This document shows positions 23,934 to 34,352 of a stretch of DNA of 64,000 nt, one piece after another. The number at the start of each line of letters is the position of its first letter. The first letter of the stretch is position 1. A program made the translations under genes and the position numbers. Source of the stretch: Macrostomum lignano. Its lineage: Eukaryota. The stretch covers positions 310,001 to 374,000 of the forward strand of contig NIVC01000292.1 in assembly GCA_002269645.1 (NCBI GenBank). Direction: 5' to 3'. Below the pieces are notes generated by a model. It was not told the origin of the DNA. It made no database searches and saw only the letters and a program-made list of their open reading frames with translations.

Positions 23934-24854
23934 TCATCGTCGTCCGAGATTAGAATGTAGCCATCCGCTTCGTAATCGTTCCTCTGTCCCTGTCTCCCCG
24001 CAGTTGTAGCACTTGACACCGCTACGCTGCTTCGAGCTGGACGGAGCCGCCTGCTTGGATTGTTGCTTGTCTTGAAGACCGGGTTCGGGCGGCTCCTGCT
24101 GGCCCTGCTGCATCTGCTCCATCCGTCGGATCTTTTCTTCCATTTCCTTTACTTTTTGACGCAGTTGGCGTAGCTCCTCGTCTTTGCCGGTGTCACCTGT
24201 CGACGTTTCGGTGGCAAAGGCATTCAGCCCAGCCCTGGGTCTGGCTTTGGACTGGGTCGAAGACGCCTTCTGGGCTGCTTCAAGTTGTCTTACTGTTCGA
24301 ATGGCATCGGTGAGGTTGGCCGGCTGCTGCAGGTACAGTCTTTCTCGGACAGTGTCGGTTACTCGAACGCCTTTTAGAAATCTGTCTTTCGCCAGCTCTG
24401 TCCTGGTGTCGGCATCCGCGGTGGGGAAGGCATTGCGCACCAACTCCAGCAGCTCGTCCCCGTAGGTCTCCACAGACTCCTTGTCTAGCTGATCTCGATT
24501 CGATAATTCAAAACGGTAGTCCTGGGCTGTTCTGTTCATGGTGAACCGCGCCAGCAGTGCATCCGTGAATTCCCCGTACTCGATGTCGTCTGCCAAGTCC
24601 AGCTTATCAACGGCAGCGTAGGCTGTTGTGAGGTCGAGTAGGCCGATCAGGTGCGGCCGCCTGGCTTCTTCTTCTATACCGACAGCCTCGCAGTACTCGT
24701 TGAAACTCTGCAGCCATAGGCTGAAATTCATCGTTGGTATGTACTTGGGCGGCTTCGAGAGTCGTGGCGCTGCTCGGTCGGCGTTGGCTCTGAGGCGCGC
24801 AGCCAGCGCATCGATCAGTTGGTCCATAGCTTGATCACCCATGGCCGAAGTCAC
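23934..24854 (-). CDS. Retrotransposon Gag, truncated within the zinc knuckle
   Basis: PPKY...FSLWLQSFNEYC capsid-like start, LAKDRFLKG, and a final CYNCGETG without the His/Cys that would complete the CCHC knuckle. Confidence 0.85.
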   Translation of the reverse strand: MTSAMGDQAMDQLIDALAARLRANADRAAPRLSKPPKYIPTMNFSLWLQSFNEYCEAVGIEEEARRPHLIGLLDLTTAYAAVDKLDLADDIEYGEFTDALLARFTMNRTAQDYRFELSNRDQLDKESVETYGDELLELVRNAFPTADADTRTELAKDRFLKGVRVTDTVRERLYLQQPANLTDAIRTVRQLEAAQKASSTQSKARPRAGLNAFATETSTGDTGKDEELRQLRQKVKEMEEKIRRMEQMQQGQQEPPEPGLQDKQQSKQAAPSSSKQRSGVKCYNCGETGTEERLRSGWLHSNLGRR

Positions 24855-25066
24855 TGAATACCGTTGCTACTCTTTACTCTGAGGTGGTGATAGCTATCAA
24901 TCTCTGATAACCACTCAGTTGTCTGTCACCGTGATCAATGTCTTTTGCGGTAGGGCAATAGCCGCAGGCGATAAGCAAAAGTCGTTTTAATAAGAAAAAA
25001 CGCTCACAATATGACAGCAATTTTCATAGAAAGCAACTGAGCCGACTTTCAATCTTTGGGGACAGG

Positions 25067-25084
25067 GTCCCTGTTCGGGCGCCA
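25067..25084 (-). other. Primer binding site complementary to tRNA-Lys(UUU)
   Basis: TGGCGCCCGAACAGGGAC, 3 nt inside the 5' LTR; this is the established 18-nt tRNA-Lys3 PBS sequence. Confidence 0.93.
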
Positions 25085-26084
25085 ATTTGTTGTAACCCGG
25101 GTCGGCTTGGGTGCCCAGTCCCGAGTACAATATATATTATATGTGATATAACAGGCGTTGTGACGCTCTGTCTGTACTTTTATGAATACGACGAGCAGGC
25201 GTGGCGACGCTCTGCGATAATAATTCGATCCCTCTGGTGTTGTGACACTCAGAGTTCACGCTGCGGCTCGAGGTGTGGTGACACTCTCGAGTGCTTCTAT
25301 TCTCTATACCGTAGGGCGTACGCAATATATATGGTAAACGGTACCGTACTACAGAAGCTATATGGTCTCCCGGCGTTATGACGCTCTGGCAAGAATTCGG
25401 CCTAGCAAGCTTCCCGGAAAGAAAGGACTCAAACAGCAGGCGGCTTACCAGTGGCCAGATGACTGTTCACCGTTTATTATTCGCAGGTCTCAAGCGCAGT
25501 TTCCGACTTCTTAATTCTCCAAGACTCTTCTCAATTAGGCTATTGTGTTTCTTTTATCCAAGTAGCTAATGTTGCTGTTTCTTTTATTGAAGTAGCTAAT
25601 GTTGCTGTTTCTTTTATCAGGTCTCGCGCTTGCACTCTCGGAGCACACCAAAACACAAAAAGCACGCAGGTGGTGGGCAAGAGCCAGAGTCGCACCATAA
25701 ATAGCACCCAAACCCTGGGGCAGACGGCCCCACCGGCTAAGCTCACCAAAACAAACCACGCCGGCCCAGCCAATCAAAACCCCGCCTAAGGGGGGAGGGG
25801 CTGCACCCGCGCCAAAGCTGGCCCGGCCGCAGCCAACCAGCCCTGAGCACGGGGCAGGGGCACGGCTGGGGAGGGGCACGCGCAAAGCCCGGCCGGGGCC
25901 AGACCCTGCCACGCCCGCCAACCCCCCCAACCAGCCCCAAAGTGCAACGCGCCCTGCCAACTGACAAGGGCGCATGCACTACAATAAATTAACAAATTTT
26001 GCTTCAATTTAGAAACTGATTTTATATTAAGGACACAAAACGCATGAAGTTTGGTGTTACGAGCTAGTACACTCACAGCTCGTA

Positions 26085-26990
26085 CTTAAAGTCAATAACC
26101 CAACTAGCTGGTGTACACTCAGCTCGTATTCAATAACCCAACTAGCTGGTGTACACTCAGCTCGTATTCAATGTTAATAACCCAACTAGCTGGTGTACAC
26201 TCAGCTCGTATTCAATGTCAATAACCCAACTAGCTGGTGTACACTCAGCTCGTATTCAATAACCCAACTAGCTGGTGTACACTCAGCTCGTATTCAATGT
26301 TAATAACCCAACTAGCTGGTGTACACTCAGCTCGTATTCAATGTCAATAACCCAACTAGCTGGTGTACACTCAGCTCGTATTCAATGTCAATAACCCAAC
26401 TAGCTGGTGTACACTCAGCTCGTATTCAATAACCCAACTAGCTGGTGTACACTCAGCTCGTATTCAATAACCCAACTAGCTGGTGTACACTCAGCTCGTA
26501 TTCAATGTCAATAACCCAACTAGCTGGTGTACACTCAGCTCGTATTCAATGTCAATAACCCAACTAGCTGGTGTACACTCAGCTCGTATTCAATAACCCA
26601 ACTAGCTGGTGTACACTCAGCTCGTATTCAATGTCAATAACCCAACTAGCTGGTGTACACTCAGCTCGTATTCAATAACCCAACTAGCTGGTGTACACTC
26701 AGCTCGTACTCAATGTCAATAACCCAACTAGCTGGTGTACACTCAGCTCGTATTCAATGTCAATAACCCAACTAGCTGGTGTACACTCACAGCTCGTACT
26801 CAAAGTCAATAACCCAACTAGCTGGTGTACACTCAGCTCGTACTCAAAGTCAATAACCCAACTAGCTGGTGTACACTCAGCTCGTACTCAATGTCAATAA
26901 CCCAACTAGCTGGTGTACACTCAGCTCGTATTCAATGTCAATAACCCAACTAGCTGGTGTACACTCAGCTCGTATTCAATGTCAATAACG
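26085..26990. repeat. 38/44-bp minisatellite (aataacccaactagctggtgtacactcagctcgtattc +/- aatgtc)
   Basis: About 21 tandem copies with two alternating unit lengths. Confidence 0.95.
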
Positions 26991-27512
26991 CAAATTTTTA
27001 CCTCGTCCGTGGTTTATGTAATACGCACATTAGTTTTGGGGCGTGCGGTGCGATTCACTCCACGAGGGCCAACCCCAAATCACAGAGTGTACATGTCCGA
27101 TGATTAGAAAGTCTGGGCTTGCAGCAGCAGTACACCTCGTGTGATCTGTGCGTATACATATGTAGATATAAGCACATACAGATGTAGAAGCTCTCACTTG
27201 AGTCGCAGTCCACTGTTCACAGTCAAATTCATTCAAGCCGAATAAAGCCAATGTGCATGCTTTAAAATGTTGATTTGCGCACTTGGCAAAGAGTTTCTAT
27301 TGCCGAGTCGGTAGATTTACAGTACCGTACGGACAAGTTCAGCACAATTTATTACAAGACAATGGATGCTTTTTGCTTTCGCTGTACAGACCGCAGATTT
27401 ACCGTAAATTCAAAGGGTTAGCAGCTAAAAAAGCAAACATTAGGCGGGACTAAAGCGATAAAACTCATGCACAGCTCAGTTCTATACAGCATGCTTTCCC
27501 TCTGCAAAGTGC

Positions 27513-30500
27513 CTAGTCGTACATATCCTGGTCAGAGCCGGACATCCGGGCGTCCTCCCGCTCCTCCATCTCGGCGCGCTGGTCATCGTCCAGCTGAGGA
27601 AAAAAGTCGGGCGGCACGTCCTGCAGCTGGACGGAGGGCGCGTGGCTGAGCTGCTTGAGGTTGTCGTGCACCACCACCCGGATGGAGTCCAGGTAGGTCT
27701 TGGTGTTCATGTTCTCCTGCTTGGTGCTCAGGTCCGGGTGCAGCACGAAGTCCGGCGAGAAGAAGTCGATGTACTCGGAGAAGGGCAGGTCGGGCGCCAT
27801 GTCGTCCTCGCGGCCCAGCAGGCAGGCGGTCTCGTAGGTCCAGCAGCGGGCCACGTTGCGCACCGTGTAGCCGCCGCCGCCCAGCACGAGGGTCGGCACG
27901 CCGAAGCTCTTGACAAACCGGACGCACTCGCCGTGGCCACAGATGCTCAAATTGAAGACGCCGAGCCGGTCGCAGCCGAGCGAGTCGGCGCCGCACTGCA
28001 GCACCACCACGGAGGGCTGGTAGAAGTCGAACACGTCGCGCACCACCGGCTTGAAGATCGAGGCGTACAGCTCATCGTCGATGCCCTCCTTCAGCGGCAC
28101 GTTGACGCTGTACAGCCGGCCGGCGTCCGCGCCGATCTCGTACATGTCGCCGGTGCCCGGGAAGAAGAGGTTGCCGTACTTGTGGAAGGACACCGTCATC
28201 ACGCGGTCGGTCAGGTAGAAGGCCTCCTGCACGCCGTCGCCGTGGTGAATGTCGATGTCAATGTACAGCACCCGAGCGTGGTGCTTTAACAGCTCCAGGA
28301 TTCCCAGCACGATGTCGTTGATGTAGCAGAAGCCGGAGGCCTCGTACTTCTTGGCGTGGTGAAGGCCGCCGGACCAGTTGATGGCGATCTCGCATTGCTG
28401 CGGTGTGGGGGGCGAAGATCTCAATTCAATTCAGACAGCTGGCATTCAGTTCAGACAGCTGGCATTCAGTTCAGACAGCTGGCATTCAATTCAGACAGCT
28501 GGCACTCAATTCAGACAGCTGGCACTCAGTTCAGACAGCTGGCGTTCAAACTCAAGGACAACTATTAAACTCTGTAGTGCTAGCAGTGATGACCGGATGT
28601 TTACAAAGCACCTGTAACCCGCAAGCTCACATTGTTGTTGATCAGCTGCGCTCCCTGAATGGAGGCGCCGGTGTACGCCGAGCAGAAGTCGAAGATGCCG
28701 TCAAATACCGGGCTGCGGGTGGCGGTCAGGGGGCTTCTGTACATGGGGGAGGGACGCGGACACCCCAGCAAGAGGGATGCGGACACCCCAGCGGGAGGGA
28801 TGCGGACACACCTCAGCGGGATATGCGGACACCACAGCAGGAGGGATGCGGACACCACAGCAAGAGGGATGCGGACACCCCAGCGGGAGGGATGCGGACA
28901 CACCCCAGCGGGATATGCGGACACCACAGCAGGAGGGATGCGGACACCACAGCAGGAGGGATGCGGACACCCCAGCGGGAGGGATGCGGACACACCCCAG
29001 CGGGAGATGCGGACACCACAGCAGGAGGGATGCGGACACCACAGCAGGAGGGATGCGGACACACCCCAGCGGGATATGCGGACACCACAGCAGGAGGGAT
29101 GCGGACACTCCAGCGGGAGGGATGCGGACACCACAGCAGGAGGGATGCGGACACCCCAGCGGGAGATGCGGACACACCCCAGCGGGAGATGCGGACACCA
29201 CAGCAGGAGGGCTGAGGACACCACAGCAGGAGGGCTGAGGACACCCCAGCAGGAGGGCTGGGGACACCCCAGCAGGAGGGATGCAGCAGCCGAGCACGAA
29301 GAAGTCACTAACCAGTCGTCGCCGACATTGAACATGCTGGTGACCTCCTTGGCAACGCTGCCGATGGTCTGCGGCGAGACGCTCTCCAGGAAGTGCACAT
29401 AATCCTCGGTGTGGAACAGGGCCATGTCGTGAGATGTGGCGCGATATGGAATAAAGTACTAAAATGAGTGCATATGGGAGTGCAGCTTTACCATTACACA
29501 TGATACATAAAACATTGAACATAAAAAAACACGACAATGAACAGGAAGCCAGCTTACATCCATGGCATCGATGAGGCCATAATTCACAATGAGGCTGTGG
29601 GTCAGGCTGAGTCTGTGAGGCTTCATTGGATGGCCTGGGCCTGTGAGTTAATACAAATTAGTAATAAATATATAAAAAGCCAAAAGTACTTTAATTTCCA
29701 ATAAATCCATAGTCAAGATAATGCAATATATAGTATGCTAGAAGCAATAAATTTTGTAAAAATACACCAAATGAAAAAAGATTTTTTTAAAGAAAACCTT
29801 CTTGTAAAGAATATCTTTTTAAAAATATTACAAATTATTCTTGTTTGAAATAAAACAAAATTATAGCTTAAAAATATAAATTTATAATTAACATTTTTTA
29901 TAATTAAGAGCCAAAAATTTATTTCAAACTTAAAATTTAAATGGTATATCAAATTGGAATGCCCAAATGGCTAAACTGTCAATTGGTATGCTAGAAAATT
30001 ATAAATTTTTGGTAACTAGTAGGGCCTAATCATTCTAAGTATAAAAATGGTTTTGCTATTTATTTTATTATACCTGATATTGTTATAAATATAAAAATGT
30101 AATTCCAATATACTAAAAATGAGTTGTCTGTGTGTATGTGTGAGATAGATTTCAGAAAAAACGGCTCAACCGATTTTCTTCAAACTTGCACCATTTGATC
30201 AGAAATTTTCCTGGGACGGTACATGCATCTTGGCTAAGAAATTACTCAATGTTAAAGGGATTAAATATTCGAAAAACATGCTTTTTGCAAAGGTCAAGCA
30301 GCTGTTTTTGACCTGAAATGCATTGTAAGAATGCTAGATAGTGATAAAGATTGCATCACAACAAGTTGAAAACAGTGCCGAAGAAATGCACACACAACTT
30401 GATTGAAATTGCGTAACCATATTGCTAACTTAAATTGAGACTGATACTGGCTGACAATAACTTTTCATAAATGTCATAACTTTTTACTCTAACCAACTTG

Positions 30501-32984
30501 CTGCAAGTATTGAATTATAAGGGCCACAGCTCATGTTCTCAAATTGAAAAGAGATAGCCTAGATGCAAACAGACTGGAGTGCTAATGTAGCGACCTGGGT
30601 TCGAATCTTAGTAGTGCAAAATAATTTTTTTATAAAACATTAAAAACACAAAATGCTAAACATAAAAGAAGCGCAATGTCAAACATAAAAGAGCCACCAT
30701 GTCAAACATAAAAGAACCACCATGTCAAACATATACGTGACTCCATGTCAAACATATATGTGACTCCATGTCAAACATTAAAGAGCCATCATTTCAAACA
30801 TTTAAGAGCCACCATGTTGAACATTAAAGAGCCACCTTGCCAAACATAAAAGAGCACCATGTGGAACATTAAAGAGCCACCAAGTCAAACATAAAAGAGC
30901 CACAATGTCAAACATTAAAGAGCCAACCATCTCAAACAGTAAAGAGCCACCATGTCAAACATATACATAACTCCATGTCAAACATTAAAGATACACAATT
31001 TCAAATGTAAAAGTAAGCGTCATGCCAATTTTAGAGGAGCCACCATAAAGCTAAGGAAATTGTTGCACTAGCTACTTATTGTCTGGTAGATACTTGCTAT
31101 CTGGGGGATGCTTGCTATTTGGGGGATGCTTGGTATCTAAGTATCTGAGGGATGCTTGCTATCTGGGGGTGCTTCTATCTGGGGGATGCTTGCTATCTGG
31201 GTGATGCTTGCTATCTAGGGGATGCTTGCTATCTGGGGGTGCTTCTATCTGGGGGATGCTTGCTATCTGGGTGATGCTTGCTATCTGGGGGATGCTTGAT
31301 ATTTGGGGGATGCTTGCTATCTGGGGGATGCTTGCTATCTGGGGGATGCTTGCTATCTAGGGGATGCTTGCTATCTGGGGGATGCTTGCTATCTGGGGGA
31401 TGCTTGCTATCTAGGGGATGCTTGCTATCTGGGGGATACTTGCTATTTGGGGGATGCTTGCTATCTGGGGGATGCTTGCTATTTAGGGGATGCTTGCTAT
31501 CTGGGGGATGCTTGCTATTTGGGGGATGCTTGCTATCTAGGGGATGCTTGCTATCCGGGGAATGCTTGCTATTTGGGGGATGCTTGCTATCTGGGAGATG
31601 CTTGCTATTTGGGGGATGCTTGCTATCTGGGGGATGCTTGCTATTTGGGGAATGCTTGCTACCTGGCGGATGCTTGCTATCCGGGGAATGCTTGCAGTCT
31701 GGGGATGATTTTTTTTTGCATTGCACTTCATTCTAGCAGTTTGTCTGTTGTCTTTGTGAAGGCTTTTTTGGCTGTCTTTTTGTTACTTGTAGAGAACAGA
31801 GATTCTATCCAGATGTCCCCCATTGGGGGGCAAAGATTGCTAGTATTATTAAAAAATTATAATGATGAATAGCCAATTTGCTTAGGACCTAAAATGTAAA
31901 ATAAAAAAATAATTTTATCAAAACAGACTTTATACTTTCTTTAAAAAAGAATTTTTTAATTTTGTCCTATTGTTTCTTGCTAAAATAGGCCAAAGCTAAG
32001 AGGGTAAGCCTATATTTTATAAAAAATTGCCTAGTCTCTCTGCAATTTTTCTAGTTTTTTTTTCAAATAAAACATGGCCACTAGGGGTTGGACAAGAACT
32101 CAATCTCACTTGTCAAGATCTTAGCACTTTTCTCAATCTTATCTTGGTTTGAGATCTCAAAAAAGTCAAGATTTTTTATTATGTAATTATTTGTGACTAC
32201 AATGTTATCATATTTATATTTGATATATATCAAGTAGGGATCAACTATGATCCTAGTCATAATCATTAAAACTATGATCACAAGGAAAAAAATCAGGCAT
32301 AGGCTTGCCAATTACAATTTATAAGTTTTGTGAATTAAACCTTACTTTTTTAAGTCATAGCACAACCAAAGCAAACCAAAATTGCAAAAAATCAGTGTAG
32401 ATAATAACAAAGCCACATAATAAAATACAGTCAAACAATAAACATGATAAAACAAAGCTTAAAAATCAATAAAAATTACTAAACTTGGTAGTATTAATAT
32501 TAATTATTGTGTTTAAATTAGAATGTATGCTATAAAAAATTTATGCTCATGCATATTCTTATGCACAGTTGAGTTCCAATCATGCATGAAAAAAAATCAT
32601 GCTCAGTTAATCCCTATATCAACTTACTAACAAACTCATTAATCATTATATAATATTAATGGTTTTCTTTCTTTATCATTATACACATTTAACAAATGAT
32701 AATATTAGCACTAACAAAAAATGTGTAAATAGGCCTACTAAATGCTAATTAGGCTTAATTTTGATTATCTCAAAAGCAAAGGTCTTGAGTCTTGAAAATC
32801 CAAAAATATAATATCATCTAATCCCTAATGGCTACCCCCCCTTAGATGTGCCACTTTAGATATAAAGGCCTTCATAAAAACACATTGCCTTTTTAGGAAT
32901 AGTTTTAACTTCCTACTTACCATAGTGATAATTTCCAACAGTGGGGTTATGTAAATACGCAACTTGTTTGGAATTCTTTGGCAT
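27513..32984 (-). CDS. HDAC3: Histone deacetylase 3; exons 32984-32921, 29640-29558, 29458-29313, 28712-28631, 28397-27513
   Basis: [38 protein letters not shown]...[16 protein letters not shown]...[41 protein letters not shown]; [10 protein letters not shown] and GDMYE are HDAC3-type. All junctions are phase-compatible; the exact 3' end may involve a further splice. Confidence 0.94.
28420..28545. repeat. Short tandem repeat (ttcagacagctggcattca) in HDAC3 intron 4
   Basis: About 6 copies. Confidence 0.85.
28750..29285. repeat. About 23-bp minisatellite (ggatgcggacaccacagcaggag) in HDAC3 intron 3
   Basis: About 22 imperfect copies. Confidence 0.93.
30551..30616 (+). mobile_element. tRNA-like / SINE-head relic in HDAC3 intron 1
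   Basis: A-box-like TAGCCTAGATG at 30555 and B-box GGTTCGAATCT at 30598; no complete cloverleaf. Confidence 0.4.
30680..31000. repeat. Degenerate 22-bp repeat (aaagagccaccatgtcaaacat)
   Basis: About 14 diverged copies. Confidence 0.85.
31090..31700. repeat. 18-bp minisatellite (ctgggggatgcttgctat) in HDAC3 intron 1
   Basis: About 33 copies. Confidence 0.95.
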
Positions 32985-34352
32985 ATTAGGGCTTAGTTAA
33001 GCTATGTTGTACTGTCAATATCCCCTTGAAAAATTAGGAAATTTATATATAAGTGACAGTAAAGACTAATAGATCTATAGTATCATTAGTATCAGTGTAT
33101 GTGGATAATAGTAAAACAGCTCAATTAACAACTACTAATGCCAAGCCACAATTTATTTTTGTATTGTAACAACACAGAAAAACTTAACTAAGGAATGTAT
33201 AAAAATAAGCCAAACAGGCAGACACAATGGTGTGTCTTAGTGATTTAAATCTTTTATTTAGAAATACCTTCAAAACAGTACCGAATACCCTTCACTTTAC
33301 AACAGACAAATTTTATTAAGGGGCACAGACCAAATTAGCTGATTGCAGATTTATTTTATTTTATAGAAACAATGGTTTCAAAAGTCGGTAAGAAACTTGT
33401 ACAAAATAAAACAAAACGAATCAACTAACCCTAGCAGCAAGTTGAGGAAATAAAATTCACTGAATTAAAAAAAACCACATAATAAAGACCACAAGTTTTT
33501 AGCTTTGTTTTAAGAAATAGGATCGCAGTATGGGGGAGGGGGTAAGCTTTGCCTTTGTTGATCGTCCCCTACAAGCGATGTATTATTATTGATCGAAGAA
33601 TCTAGCATCAAATATGAGTACATGTGTCCATGACCAATTGAAATCATTGTTCCAGATTTCTCTGAGAGAGATAGAGAGACAGCGCTTTTGCTTGGCTATC
33701 AGCAGAAAATCGATAATTTTTTTCTGCTCAAAAATGCACAAATTCTATACAATAGCTATCTCTGATTGCCGATTTCCGGGAGTCATTTGATAAGGGCTGG
33801 TTTGAATAGGAATCGAAGCTTTTGGGGCTCGTATTTATGTAGCAATTTTGCGGTAGAAGTTTGCGTCATAGAGCAGTTATAAATTAACCAAGATGTATTT
33901 TTACGACGATGAAATGTACATTGCAGTCACATGTATCACTAAACTGGTCAGTGATAAATGCTACAAACAACACTACCATCATTTTTTAAAAAGCTGAAAG
34001 ACATGTTCAGTCAATCAGAAGCAGTATATACACGACTATTAGGTAATGATGAAGGTCAAGATTACAATATTTACTTAGCATTTTAAAGTAATATGCAGTT
34101 TCGATCGTTACATGCAATAAATCATAAATGTGTGCAGGTAATTCTACCATACATGTAATTTTAAAAGGCTAAATAACTGTATAATAATAAAAATGTCATA
34201 ATTATATCACAGCTTCAAAATTTTCAATCTGAATATACAAATGGTTTAAATACCATAATTGCAAAAGTTAGCTTCTTTCATCATTTTGAAGCATGTAAAC
34301 GTACCAGGTAAACGTACATGCAAACCTGTTTCATGGAAAAATAATCAACATA

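Larger units (their letters stand above)
21557..25983 (-). mobile_element. Gypsy-type LTR retrotransposon, non-autonomous (gag retained, pol absent), with 4-bp TSD ATAA
   Basis: LTRs at 25088-25983 (5') and 21557-22455 (3'), both TG...CA and nearly identical; ATAA at 21553-21556 and 25984-25987; PBS and PPT present; no RT, RNase H or integrase motifs in the 2.6-kb internal region. Confidence 0.95.

Noticed and set aside
30125-30290. aacggctcaaccgattttcttcaaacttg after a (TG)-rich run, reminiscent of DINE/Helentron-associated elements
   Set aside because: Only a short motif resemblance; no termini or second copy visible.
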